From Atribacterota bacterium (GTDB lineage: Bacteria; Atribacterota; Phoenicimicrobiia; Phoenicimicrobiales; Phoenicimicrobiaceae): a stretch of 50,274 bases of DNA. The notes beneath the pieces are model-generated. The model was given only the letters and a program-made list of their open reading frames with translations, was not told the DNA's origin and searched no databases. Of this stretch, positions 7,420 to 17,308 are shown piece by piece. Every line of letters starts with the position of its first letter. Within the stretch, counting starts at the first letter, position 1. Made by a program: the position numbers and the translations under genes. The DNA is taken from NCBI GenBank assembly GCA_038203565.1, contig JBBRDV010000005.1:1-50274 (forward strand). The letters are read 5' to 3'.

Positions 7420-9558
7420 ATGGAAAGTATAACCGGAACTATAGAGAAAGTCGTATATAGAAATGAAGATAATGGTTATGTAATAGCGAAGATAAGCTTG
7501 GAAAAGAATGAAGAAAAATTATCTACTATCGTGGGGAATATGGCTTCGGTAAATGTTGGTGAAACTTGCGAATTAAAAGGGGAATGGGTTAATAATCCTA
7601 AGTATGGTTGGCAATTTAGTTTTAGTGATTATCAATTAATTTTACCTACTTCTTTACTTGGTTTAGAAAGATATTTAAGTTCCGGATTAATTAAAGGAGT
7701 TGGTCCGGTAACCGCAGATAGAATAGTAAAATATTTTGGTGACAAAACTTTAGAAGTTCTGGAGAACGACCTCCAAAGACTAACTGAGGTGGAGGGTATT
7801 GCTGAAAAAAGAGTGGAGATGATCAGTAAATCCTGGGAAGAACATAAAGAAATTAAAAGAGTGATGATATTTTTACAATCCTATCAGATTACTACCGGAT
7901 ATGCAGTTAAGATTTATAAAACATATGGGGATAAAGCTATTGAAAAATTAAAGGAAAATCCCTACAGATTGGTAGATGATGTTTTTGGCATCGGGTTTAA
8001 AATTGCCGATAGGATTGCGCAAAAATTAGGTATAGAGTCTACTTCTCCGGCAAGAATAAAATCAGGAATTAAGTATATGTTAAACGAATTAGCCAGTCAG
8101 GGGCATTGTTATGCTCTTAACGATGAGATAATTAAGAGGGGAAGTGAACTGTTAGAGGTTGAAGAACCATTAGTTGAAAAAGCTTTAAGTATTTTAAAAA
8201 ATAACCGCGAAATTATAGTAGAAGAAGATACCGTATGGTTACCTCTTTATTATTTTGCTGAATTAGGGGTGAGTAAAAAATTAATTGAATTATTAAAGTT
8301 TCCTCAACAACTGATCAATATAGATGTGCAAAAGAAGATAAAGTATTTGGAAAAAAAGCACCATATATCTTTTGCTGAAGAACAAAAAGATGCCATTAAT
8401 AAAGTCCTTATGAATCGGGTATTTGTATTAACCGGTGGTCCCGGAACGGGTAAAACCACTACTACTTTGGGCTTAATTGAACTTTTCGAGGAACTAAAGT
8501 TAAAAATAGTCTTAGCAGCACCTACCGGCAGAGCGGCGAAAAAGATAAGTGAGACTACCGGTAAAAAGGCTAAAACTATTCATAGATTATTAGAGTATAG
8601 TCCCAAGAGCGGAAATTTTATCAAAAATTCTGAAAACCCCATTAAAACTGATGTAATAATTTTGGACGAGGTTTCCATGATAGATATTCTATTAATGAAC
8701 AGTCTTTTAAAAGCGGTTTCTCCCGGAACCACTTTAATTTTAATTGGTGATGTGGATCAGCTGCCTTCGGTGGGTCCAGGAAATATCTTAAAAGATATTA
8801 TCGATTCTGAAACTATTCCGGTGGTGAGATTAACCAGGATATTTAGACAGGACCAAAGGAGCTTAATCATTGTAAATGCCCATCGAGTTAATGAGGGGAA
8901 ATACCCTGTCATTAAAGGGGAAAAAGAAAGGGATTTTTATTTTATGGAAGAAGAAGACCCCCAGGTTGCTGCTGAAAAAATAATTAACTTATGTACAGTC
9001 CGCCTTCCCTCAAAATATAAAATAGACCCGGTAGATGATATCCAGGTCCTTTCTCCTATGTATAAAGGAGAAGTGGGTGCAGATAATTTAAATTATAGGT
9101 TGAGAGAGGCATTAAATTCTAAAGGGAAACAGATTAAATATGGAAATCACTCTTTCAGGGTAAATGATAAGGTTATGCAAATTAAAAATAATTATGATAA
9201 AGAGGTCTTTAATGGAGATATGGGGAGGATTAAAAATATAGATGCCGAGGAGCATGTTTTAGAGGTAAATTTTTACGGTAAAAAAGTTTGCTATGATTTT
9301 TCTGAATTAAATGAGTTGGTATTAGCCTATGCCATTACTGTTCATAAAAGTCAGGGCAGTGAATACCGAATAGTTATTATCCCGGTAATGACTCAACATT
9401 ATTTGCTCCTTCAAAGAAATTTATTATATACTGGAATTACTCGGGCAAAAGAAATGGTGATATTAGTCGGGACCAAAAAGGCCTTATGGATTGCCATTAA
9501 AAATAATAAAACATTTCATAGGAACACTTCATTGAAAGAAAGATTAAAAAATAAGTAA
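7420..9558 (+). CDS. recD2: RecD2 ATP-dependent DNA helicase
   Basis: N-terminal OB/HhH region (YL.SGLIKGVGP), GGPGTGKT, APTGRAA, DEVSM, GDVDQLPSVG, HKSQGSE. Confidence 0.95.
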   Translation: MESITGTIEKVVYRNEDNGYVIAKISLEKNEEKLSTIVGNMASVNVGETCELKGEWVNNPKYGWQFSFSDYQLILPTSLLGLERYLSSGLIKGVGPVTADRIVKYFGDKTLEVLENDLQRLTEVEGIAEKRVEMISKSWEEHKEIKRVMIFLQSYQITTGYAVKIYKTYGDKAIEKLKENPYRLVDDVFGIGFKIADRIAQKLGIESTSPARIKSGIKYMLNELASQGHCYALNDEIIKRGSELLEVEEPLVEKALSILKNNREIIVEEDTVWLPLYYFAELGVSKKLIELLKFPQQLINIDVQKKIKYLEKKHHISFAEEQKDAINKVLMNRVFVLTGGPGTGKTTTTLGLIELFEELKLKIVLAAPTGRAAKKISETTGKKAKTIHRLLEYSPKSGNFIKNSENPIKTDVIILDEVSMIDILLMNSLLKAVSPGTTLILIGDVDQLPSVGPGNILKDIIDSETIPVVRLTRIFRQDQRSLIIVNAHRVNEGKYPVIKGEKERDFYFMEEEDPQVAAEKIINLCTVRLPSKYKIDPVDDIQVLSPMYKGEVGADNLNYRLREALNSKGKQIKYGNHSFRVNDKVMQIKNNYDKEVFNGDMGRIKNIDAEEHVLEVNFYGKKVCYDFSELNELVLAYAITVHKSQGSEYRIVIIPVMTQHYLLLQRNLLYTGITRAKEMVILVGTKKALWIAIKNNKTFHRNTSLKERLKNK

Positions 9559-9592
9559 AAACAATAAAAAGTTAGACAAGGAGAGAAAAACT

Positions 9593-10801
9593 ATGGTAAA
9601 TGAAGAAATTATGAAATCATTGGCTATTAAGACAGAATCAAAGATCGTTCTTTTGGTTGCTGATGGGATTGGTGACCTGCCTTCAGAGAATAATAAAACA
9701 GTATTGGAAAAAGCTTTTATTCCTAATCTGGATAAATTAGCCTCTAAATCTGCCTGTGGTTTAACCGATCCAATATCTTGCGGCATTACCCCGGGGAGCG
9801 GTCCCGCCCATCTTTCTCTGTTTGGTTATGACCCGATTAAGTATCAGATTGGAAGAGGGGTTTTAGAAGCCTTGGGCATAGGGATGGAACTTACTTCTCG
9901 TGATTTAGCCTGTCGGGGAAATTTCGCTACTTTAGATAAAGAAGGAATAATAATTGATCGTCGAGCAGGAAGGATAGCTACAGAATTAAATGAAAAACTG
10001 TGCAAGTTTATGCAAGATAAAATTAATCAGATAGGAGAGGTTAAGGTAATAATTAGACCGGGCAAAGAACACCGTTTTGTGGTAGTATTTAGAGGAGATG
10101 GATTAGACGGTGCTCTTTCTGATGCTGATCCTCAAAAAGTGGGAGAAAAAATAAAATTTGCCGAACCTTTAGATTCTAAAGCAAAAAAATCCGCCGAAAT
10201 AGTAAATGAATTTATTAAACAAGCAACTGAAGCACTAAAAGAACATCATCCTGCCAATACAGTATTGTTAAGGGGATTTGCCAAATACCCCGGGCTGCCA
10301 ACGATGGAGGAGTTATTTAAATTGACCCCGGCAGCTATAGCAACCTACCCTATGTATAAAGGACTAGCTAAATTGGTGGGTATGGACATATTGGAAACAG
10401 GAGAATCGTTGAGCGATGAATTTAAAACCTTGCAAGATAATTTTAGTAAATATGATTTCTTTTATCTTCATATAAAAAAGACTGATAGTTATGGAGAAGA
10501 TGGAAATTTTGAGCAAAAGGTTAAAGTAATTGAAGAGGTAGATAAATATATTCCTGAGGTGCTGGCTTTAAAACCGGATGTTTTGGTGGTTACCGGTGAC
10601 CATTCTACACCTGCCTTAATGAAGGGACATAGTTGGCACCCCAATCCCTTTATGTTGTTTTCTAAATATATCAGGGTAGATGAAGTGAAACAATTTAATG
10701 AAAAAGAATGCGTTAAGGGAGGGCTGGGAAGATTTTCGGCAGTAGATGTCCTTCCTTTAATGTTGGCGAATGCCTTAAAATTACAGAAATTCGGAGCTTA
10801 A
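9593..10801 (+). CDS. apgM: BPG-independent phosphoglycerate mutase, archaeal (ApgM) type
   Basis: DGIGD, TPGS..AHLSLFGYDP, DRRAGRI, TGDHSTP, HSWHP. Confidence 0.92.
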   Translation: MVNEEIMKSLAIKTESKIVLLVADGIGDLPSENNKTVLEKAFIPNLDKLASKSACGLTDPISCGITPGSGPAHLSLFGYDPIKYQIGRGVLEALGIGMELTSRDLACRGNFATLDKEGIIIDRRAGRIATELNEKLCKFMQDKINQIGEVKVIIRPGKEHRFVVVFRGDGLDGALSDADPQKVGEKIKFAEPLDSKAKKSAEIVNEFIKQATEALKEHHPANTVLLRGFAKYPGLPTMEELFKLTPAAIATYPMYKGLAKLVGMDILETGESLSDEFKTLQDNFSKYDFFYLHIKKTDSYGEDGNFEQKVKVIEEVDKYIPEVLALKPDVLVVTGDHSTPALMKGHSWHPNPFMLFSKYIRVDEVKQFNEKECVKGGLGRFSAVDVLPLMLANALKLQKFGA

Positions 10802-10824
10802 TTAGAAAGTAGATTAGAGAACAG

Positions 10825-11622
10825 ATGAATAGTTTAGAAACTTTATTTATTCCGGACGAGATAAAAAATATAGAATTAGCAGGCAAATTAGTAGTAGTCA
10901 TTGATGTTTTAAGGGCTTCCAGCACCATAGTAACTGCTTTGGCTAACGGATGTAATGGTTTTATTCCCATTTTATCTCCGAAACAGGCTAAAGAAGAAGC
11001 GCAGCAATTTGAAAAAGAAAGGGTATTATTGGGAGGAGAAAGAGAAGGAAAAAAGATAGAGGGTTTTGATTTAGGTAATTCACCAAGGGAATATAAGAGA
11101 GAAGTAGTGAAAGATAAAACAGTTATCTTCTCAACCACCAATGGAGTAAGAACATTGGAAATGGTTAAAGATGCTCGCAGGATAATTATTGGAAGTTTCT
11201 TGAATTTACAAGCAGTCTGTAATTATTGCACTAATTACCAGGGAGATATTTTAATAATTTGTGCGGGAAAGGAGGGCCAATTTTCTTTAGAAGATACTGC
11301 TTGTGCCGGAATGTTGATCGATTTTTTAAAAAATGCTTTTTCTGGTACCTATCAGGAATCAGATGCTAATTTAACAGCTCAACTACTCTATGAAAAGTTT
11401 GGTAACAATATTTTGGAGATATTACGAAAATCTCAACATGGTCAATACTTGGAAAGTATCGGCTTGGGTAAAGATTTAAAATTCTGTTCCCAATTGGATT
11501 TTTTTCATATTGTTCCCATTTTTAGAGATGGGATAATATCCATTAAAAAATGCTTAATAAAGAAAGGAAAGATTAGTTATGAAAAAGAAATTAATGATGA
11601 TTCCCGGACCTACACCCGTTGA
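10825..11622 (+). CDS. comB: 2-phosphosulfolactate phosphatase family protein
   Basis: VIDVLRASSTI, GGER.G..IEGFDLGNSP, STTNG, FSLED..CAG. Confidence 0.9.
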   Translation: MNSLETLFIPDEIKNIELAGKLVVVIDVLRASSTIVTALANGCNGFIPILSPKQAKEEAQQFEKERVLLGGEREGKKIEGFDLGNSPREYKREVVKDKTVIFSTTNGVRTLEMVKDARRIIIGSFLNLQAVCNYCTNYQGDILIICAGKEGQFSLEDTACAGMLIDFLKNAFSGTYQESDANLTAQLLYEKFGNNILEILRKSQHGQYLESIGLGKDLKFCSQLDFFHIVPIFRDGIISIKKCLIKKGKISYEKEINDDSRTYTR

Positions 11623-12730
11623 TCAATCTATCTTGGATGCATTGAGTAAAGAAACAGTTTCCCATTTAGACCCTGAATTGGTGAAAACCTTAAAAGAAAC
11701 TTTAAAGAATTTAAAGACTGTGGTTATGGCTGAAAAAGGTCAGCCTTTTATAATACCCGGAACTGGAACTTTGGGAATGGAGGTTGCTATAGTTAACTCT
11801 CTGAAAAAAGGTGACCGTTTATTGGTGGTTTCTCACGGTTACTTTGGAGATAGATTTGCAGAAATAGCCCGGTGTTACGGTATAGAAGTAGAGGTTTTGG
11901 CTTCCGAGTGGGGCAAGATTGTAGAAGTTGAAAAAATAGCCCAGAAACTAAAAGAGAAAAATTTTTCTGCTATAACCTTAACTCACGTAGATACTTCTAC
12001 CGGAGTGTGTGCTCCTTTAGAAGAGGCAGCAGGGGTGATAAAAAGGTTCCCTGAAACCTTGTTTATTTTAGACGCGGTTTGTGCTGCCGGAGGAATTAAA
12101 GAATGTATGGATGACTGGGGTATTGATATTATTTTTGCTGGTAACCAGAAGGCATTCGGTGTTCCTCCCGGATTGGCTAATTTAGTCTTTAGTGAAATGG
12201 CTTTAGAGAGAAGAAATGCCTTAGGAAATATTTCTTCTTATTATATGGACATTAATCGATGGCTGCCTATTATGCGCGAACCGGGTAGTGGATATTTTGC
12301 CACTCATGCCGTCAACATGGTCAATGCCCTTCATCAAGGTCTTAAAATTATATTGGAAGAGGGTTTGGAAGAAAGATTTAGACGACATAGAAGATTTGCT
12401 CTGGCTTTCCATGCAGGATTGGAAAAAATAGGATTTAAACTACTTCCTTCAAAAGAGATAAGGGCCAATACTGTATCAACCGTGCTATATCCTTCGGGAA
12501 TTGAAGATGTAGCATTTAGAGCAAAATTATATGAGAATGGCCTTCTGGTTTCTTCCGGTAAAGGAGTGTTGGCGGGTAAGTTATTCCGCTTAGGGCATAT
12601 GGGCAACATAACCGAAAATGAAGTGGTTGCATCCATGAGCATCATCGAACAAACCTTATCTGAATTTAATGACGATTTTAAACTGGGTTCAGGGATAGGA
12701 GCTGCTGAAGAAATATTGTTTAAAGAATAG
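11579..12730 (+). CDS. Class V PLP aminotransferase (serine-pyruvate/alanine-glyoxylate type)
   Basis: LMMIPGPTP, GYFGDRF, HVDTSTG, NQKAFGVPPG (PLP lysine), FRLGHMG. Confidence 0.9.
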   Translation: MKKKLMMIPGPTPVDQSILDALSKETVSHLDPELVKTLKETLKNLKTVVMAEKGQPFIIPGTGTLGMEVAIVNSLKKGDRLLVVSHGYFGDRFAEIARCYGIEVEVLASEWGKIVEVEKIAQKLKEKNFSAITLTHVDTSTGVCAPLEEAAGVIKRFPETLFILDAVCAAGGIKECMDDWGIDIIFAGNQKAFGVPPGLANLVFSEMALERRNALGNISSYYMDINRWLPIMREPGSGYFATHAVNMVNALHQGLKIILEEGLEERFRRHRRFALAFHAGLEKIGFKLLPSKEIRANTVSTVLYPSGIEDVAFRAKLYENGLLVSSGKGVLAGKLFRLGHMGNITENEVVASMSIIEQTLSEFNDDFKLGSGIGAAEEILFKE

Positions 12731-12742
12731 ATATTTTTAAAG

Positions 12743-13126
12743 TTGGGTGATGGTTTGGGAAGAAAAATATTTTTTTGGATACTGCTGATGGTTTATTCTG
12801 TGCTAATTTTTATTTTTTCTTCCCGGCCGGACGTTGGGGTAGGGCAATATTTTTATGGACAGGATAAAGTGATGCATTTTATGGTTTACGGTATTCATGG
12901 TTTTCTTTGCCTGTTAACCTTAAGCGATAAGATACTGTCATTAAAATTCATACAATATTTCTTGGCCTTAATTTTATCTGTTTCTTACGGAATATTTAAC
13001 GAAATTTACCAGTATTTTATCCCGGAAAGACAGTTTTCTTTGGGAGATATTCTGGCAAATAGTTTGGGTATAACTATTTTTCTTCTTCTGGTTTATATTT
13101 TCCAAAACAAAAAACTGGAAGGGTAA
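12743..13126 (+). CDS. VanZ-family membrane protein
   Basis: DKVMHF..YG, E.YQYFIPER.FS.GD.LAN. Confidence 0.85.
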   Translation: MGDGLGRKIFFWILLMVYSVLIFIFSSRPDVGVGQYFYGQDKVMHFMVYGIHGFLCLLTLSDKILSLKFIQYFLALILSVSYGIFNEIYQYFIPERQFSLGDILANSLGITIFLLLVYIFQNKKLEG

Positions 13127-13258
13127 CATTTTGCACCAGGCACAAAAGTTTACCTTAGAGGTAAAAGACTAACAGCAGACCGTATATTGTGTACTATTAT
13201 ACAAAATAATCCAAAAACTAAAGCAACTAATTTATTCAAATTTAATAAATAAAGGAAG

Positions 13259-14311
13259 GTGAAAAAATTGAATTTATTTAAAAAACTATGTGAAACACCG
13301 GGAATTTCTGGCTTTGAAGAGAGGATACAAAAAATTATTAAGGAAGAATTGGAAAAAATAACTGATGAGGTAAAAATAGATAAACTAGGGAACGTTATTG
13401 GTATAAAAAAAGCTAAAAAAATATCAAGTGGGTCTACTCCTAAAAAAGTGATGCTCGCGGCACATATGGATGAGATTGGCTTTATGGTTAGTTTTATTGA
13501 TAAAGATGGATTTTTAAGATTTGCACCGGTTGGTGGTTTTGACCCTAAAACCCTAATAGCTCAAAGAGTAGTGGTTCATGGGATAAAAGATATCGGGGGA
13601 GTAATAGGTTCTAAGCCTATCCACATTTTGAGTGAGGAAGATAGAAAAAAATTACACAAAATCAAAGATCTTTTTATAGATGTAGGCATGAAAAAAGATG
13701 AAGTTTCTAAGATAGTGAAACTGGGAGATTTTGTTACTTTGGATAGGAATTTTATGGAATTAAATAAAAAAATAATAACCGCTAAGGCACTTGATGACAG
13801 AGCCGGAGTATATGTTATGATTGAGGCATTAAAAAGAATTAAAGATTGCTATGTTGATATATATGCTGTGGCAACTGTTCAGGAAGAAGTAGGAGTTAGA
13901 GGGGCAACTGTTTCTTCGTTTTCTGTTGAGCCTGATGTAGGTATTGCCCTTGATGTTACTATTGCCTCAGATATTCCGGGAACTAAAGAAGAGGAAAGGG
14001 CTACTACTTTAGGAGGAGGAACAGCCATTTCTTTAATGGATTCTCATACTATTTCTAATAGAAAATTGGTTGATTTTTTAAGAAAAATAGCAGAGGAAAA
14101 CAAAATCAAATATCAGACTGATATATTACTGGGAGGGGGTACTGATGCCGGGGCAATACAAAGAAGTAGATCCGGAGTACCTGCTTGCACTCTATCTATT
14201 CCCACTAGGTATATTCATTCAGCAGTAGAGATGTGCCACAAAGATGATATTGAAAATTCCATCAAATTAATTTGCAAATTTTTAGAAAATGCCCATAAGG
14301 GAGAATTTTAA
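13259..14311 (+). CDS. M42 family (TET-like) aminopeptidase
   Basis: AHMDEIG, KALDDR, QEEVG.RGA, GGTDA, RYIHS. Confidence 0.95.
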   Translation: MKKLNLFKKLCETPGISGFEERIQKIIKEELEKITDEVKIDKLGNVIGIKKAKKISSGSTPKKVMLAAHMDEIGFMVSFIDKDGFLRFAPVGGFDPKTLIAQRVVVHGIKDIGGVIGSKPIHILSEEDRKKLHKIKDLFIDVGMKKDEVSKIVKLGDFVTLDRNFMELNKKIITAKALDDRAGVYVMIEALKRIKDCYVDIYAVATVQEEVGVRGATVSSFSVEPDVGIALDVTIASDIPGTKEEERATTLGGGTAISLMDSHTISNRKLVDFLRKIAEENKIKYQTDILLGGGTDAGAIQRSRSGVPACTLSIPTRYIHSAVEMCHKDDIENSIKLICKFLENAHKGEF

Positions 14312-14315
14312 AAAA

Positions 14316-14502
14316 AGTATATAGTATTTAGTATATAGTATATAGTGAAGAATAGCGTAGACGGTTAGTATATAGAAAGTGTTAGCTGGTTTGCTGGTTA
14401 TCTAGTTAGTTAGTCGAGAGATGAATATATGATGAATTAATATTAAACTAATTAACCAGCTAACCAAGTAACTAACTAACCAATGCTAACTGATAAACTA
14501 GT
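14316..14502. repeat. Composite intergenic short-tandem-repeat module
   Basis: AGTATAT-type heptamers at 14316-14346, then degenerate octamers in inverted arrangement (GTTAGCTGGTT 14381-14391 vs AACCAGCTAAC 14454-14464). Confidence 0.7.
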
Positions 14503-14547
14503 AATAAATATAGAACATAATCAATTTAAAGATAAAGGAGGGAAATT

Positions 14548-15780
14548 ATGTTAGAAATTGTTAAAACCGAGGGGAAATCACTTAACGATTATATCGATAT
14601 TATAGGAAAGGAAGAAATTAAAAGCATTAAGAAACTGGCTTTACCTCTAAAAGGGAAAAAGGTAGTGCATATAAATGCTATCTCATTTGGAGGCGGAGTA
14701 GCAGAGATTCTATCTGCCTTAGTTCCTTTAATGAAAGATGTAGGGATAGAGGCTGAATGGCAGGTAATAAAAGGTTCAGAAGATTTTTTCAGTGTAACCA
14801 AGAGTATACATAATGGCTTACAAGGAATGGATGTCCCATTTACTAAAGAGATGAAAGAAATTTTTTTAAAAAATAATCAACTAAATGAGAAATTATTCGA
14901 AGGTGAATATGATTTTGTGGTCATTCACGATCCTCAGCCAGTGGCAATATTGAATTATCGGCAAGAGAAGAAAGGAAAATGGATTTGGCGATTTCATATT
15001 GACCCTACAAGTGCTCAGGAAAAAATATGGCAATTTATCAGGCCGTTTATAGAAAAACATGATGCTGCTATATTTACTTTAAAAGAGTATGTAAAAGAGG
15101 ACCTTAAATTAAAAAATATTACCATAATCCCTCCAGCTATCGATCCTTTAAGCCCCAAGAATATGGATTTAGATCAGGAAAAAATTGAAAATATTGTAAC
15201 AAAATATAAAGTAGATCCAGATAGACCAGTTATAACTCAAGTTTCCAGATTCGACCCCTGGAAAGACCCTTTAGGGGTTATTGATATGTACAGGATAGTA
15301 AAGAAAGAAATAAAAAATGCGCAATTGGTGCTTATTGCTTCTATGGACAATGAAGATCCGGAGGGATGGGAATATTACGAAAAAACTGCCCGACATGCAG
15401 GCGAAGATTATGATATACATCTTCTATCTAATTTAAACGGAGTAGGGAATTTAGAGGTTAATGCCTTTCAAAGAGCTTCAGATGTAATTATTCAGAAATC
15501 TTTAAGAGAAGGGTTCGGATTAGTGATTACCGAGGCATTATGGAAGGGCAAGCCTGTGGTGGCGGCCAATGTAGGTGGAATTCCTTTACAAGTGGATAAT
15601 CGTCGCACAGGATATTTGGTTGGTGACATTTCTGAATGCGCTGAAAGAGTTATTCATCTTTTAAAAAATTCAGAAATTGCAAATAAGATGGGTACTTCAG
15701 GAAAGGAATATGTTAGAAAGAATTTTTTAATTACTCGACTATTGAAGGATTATTTGAATTTATTTAATACTTTAAAATGA
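14548..15780 (+). CDS. treT: Trehalose glycosyltransferring synthase (GT4)
   Basis: GGGVAEIL, TK.IHN.LQG, HDPQP, PAIDPLS.KN, QVSRFDPWKDP.GVI, REGFGL. Confidence 0.9.
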   Translation: MLEIVKTEGKSLNDYIDIIGKEEIKSIKKLALPLKGKKVVHINAISFGGGVAEILSALVPLMKDVGIEAEWQVIKGSEDFFSVTKSIHNGLQGMDVPFTKEMKEIFLKNNQLNEKLFEGEYDFVVIHDPQPVAILNYRQEKKGKWIWRFHIDPTSAQEKIWQFIRPFIEKHDAAIFTLKEYVKEDLKLKNITIIPPAIDPLSPKNMDLDQEKIENIVTKYKVDPDRPVITQVSRFDPWKDPLGVIDMYRIVKKEIKNAQLVLIASMDNEDPEGWEYYEKTARHAGEDYDIHLLSNLNGVGNLEVNAFQRASDVIIQKSLREGFGLVITEALWKGKPVVAANVGGIPLQVDNRRTGYLVGDISECAERVIHLLKNSEIANKMGTSGKEYVRKNFLITRLLKDYLNLFNTLK

Positions 15781-15788
15781 AAAACCGA

Positions 15789-17306
15789 TTATGTTCTATC
15801 ATAAATATCGCTTAGTTCTTTTAGTTTTGGCATTTCATCTTTTTCCAGTTTTAATCTTTGTTGAGGCGTTATTCTCCATTGCCAGTTATTTTGGGAATAG
15901 GCTGGATTATTCATCCTTGCCTCTTCCCCTAATCCTAAGATATCTTGGACCGGGATAATGGCTAAAAAAGCAACCGAGGCTTGAGCCATACGAATAAAAT
16001 CCCAGTGAATTTCTTCAAAGTTGACCTCTTTCCCCAAATATCTGGCGATGTTTTTTTTCTGATTTTGCTTTAATTCTTCGCTCAGCCATCCTCGAATCGT
16101 ATTATTATCATGAGTTCCGGTATAGACCACATAATTAGGCCCATAATGGTGAGGAAGATGGATACTATGAGGAAAATCATCACCAAAGGCAAAAATCAAG
16201 ACCCGCATTCCGGGGAAGTGCCATTTTTTTATTATTGCTTTGACATCTTCAGTAATATCGCCCAGATCTTCGGCAATAAAGGGAACGGTGGGGAATTGTT
16301 TGGTTAGATGGGGTAAAAAATCTTCTGTGGGAACCTTTACCCAGTGACCGGGAATGGCTGTTTTTTCCTTAAAAGGTACTTCCCAGTAAGTAACTAATCC
16401 CCGAAAGTGATCAATCCTTAGAAGATCGACCAGTTGAAGATGCTGTTTAATTCGCTGGATCCACCAGGTATATTGTTCTTTGCGATGTTCTTCCCACTGA
16501 TAGACTGGGTTTCCCCAGAGTTGACCGGCTTTACTGAAATAATCAGGCGGGACACCTGCTTTAAAAATTTGTTCCTTATCCTGATCTAATTTGAAGAGTT
16601 GAGGATGACACCAGACATCCATGCTGTTATAGTTAACATAAATAGGGATATCACCGATTATTTTGATGTTTTTTCCCCGGCAGTATTTTTTTAATTGCCC
16701 CCATTGATAAAAAAAGAGGAATTGCCAGATTTTTTCCTGCCCCATTTTATGAGCAAGCTCTTTTTTTAATTTTTGAATTGTTTCCGGGTTTCTATTTTTA
16801 ATCTCCGAGGGCCACTGGTTCCAGGGTTTCCCCTGAAAATAGGACTTAAGTGACTGGAAAAGGGCATAATCTTCCAACCAAAAAGAATTTTGCTGGCAAA
16901 ACTGCTGATGGGGTTCATGGTATAAGGTTAAATTATTGAATCGTTGAGAGATTGTCTCTAAAAGCTTGTTTTTTATAGAATAAACCTGAATGAAGTCAAT
17001 ATTGTTTTTAAAGGGCAAGCAAGAATTAATTATTTCTTTTTCATTAAGAAAACCTTCTTGGTAGAGTAATTCAGGGCTGATTAAAAGAGGATTACCCGCA
17101 AAGGTAGCAAAAGAATAGTAGGGTGAATTGCCGTGTTCCGGCTCAGTGGGATTTAATGGTAGAATTTGCCAAAAACATTGACGGTTTTTAGCCAATAAAT
17201 CGACAAATTGATAGGCTTGGGGTCCTAAATCCCCAATGCCATATTTTGAGGGTAAGGAAGAGATATGCATTAGCACTCCACTGCTTCTTTCTAAGGAGGT
17301 TTTCAT
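15789..17306 (-). CDS. malQ: 4-alpha-glucanotransferase (GH77)
   Basis: RSSGVLMHISSLP, GVPPDYFS..GQLWGNP, catalytic RIDHFRG, IAEDLG, GTHDN. Confidence 0.95.
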   Translation of the reverse strand: MKTSLERSSGVLMHISSLPSKYGIGDLGPQAYQFVDLLAKNRQCFWQILPLNPTEPEHGNSPYYSFATFAGNPLLISPELLYQEGFLNEKEIINSCLPFKNNIDFIQVYSIKNKLLETISQRFNNLTLYHEPHQQFCQQNSFWLEDYALFQSLKSYFQGKPWNQWPSEIKNRNPETIQKLKKELAHKMGQEKIWQFLFFYQWGQLKKYCRGKNIKIIGDIPIYVNYNSMDVWCHPQLFKLDQDKEQIFKAGVPPDYFSKAGQLWGNPVYQWEEHRKEQYTWWIQRIKQHLQLVDLLRIDHFRGLVTYWEVPFKEKTAIPGHWVKVPTEDFLPHLTKQFPTVPFIAEDLGDITEDVKAIIKKWHFPGMRVLIFAFGDDFPHSIHLPHHYGPNYVVYTGTHDNNTIRGWLSEELKQNQKKNIARYLGKEVNFEEIHWDFIRMAQASVAFLAIIPVQDILGLGEEARMNNPAYSQNNWQWRITPQQRLKLEKDEMPKLKELSDIYDRT

Positions 17307-17308
17307 GG

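Noticed and set aside
10825..11622. Coenzyme M biosynthesis (comB plus ComC-like Ldh_2)
   Set aside because: No comA or comDE in the window, the two genes are ~38 kb apart, and both families are widespread outside CoM producers.
13119..13168. Imperfect inverted repeats at the end of vanZ
   Set aside because: Weak AT-rich stems, no second copy and no clear U-tract; function cannot be assigned.
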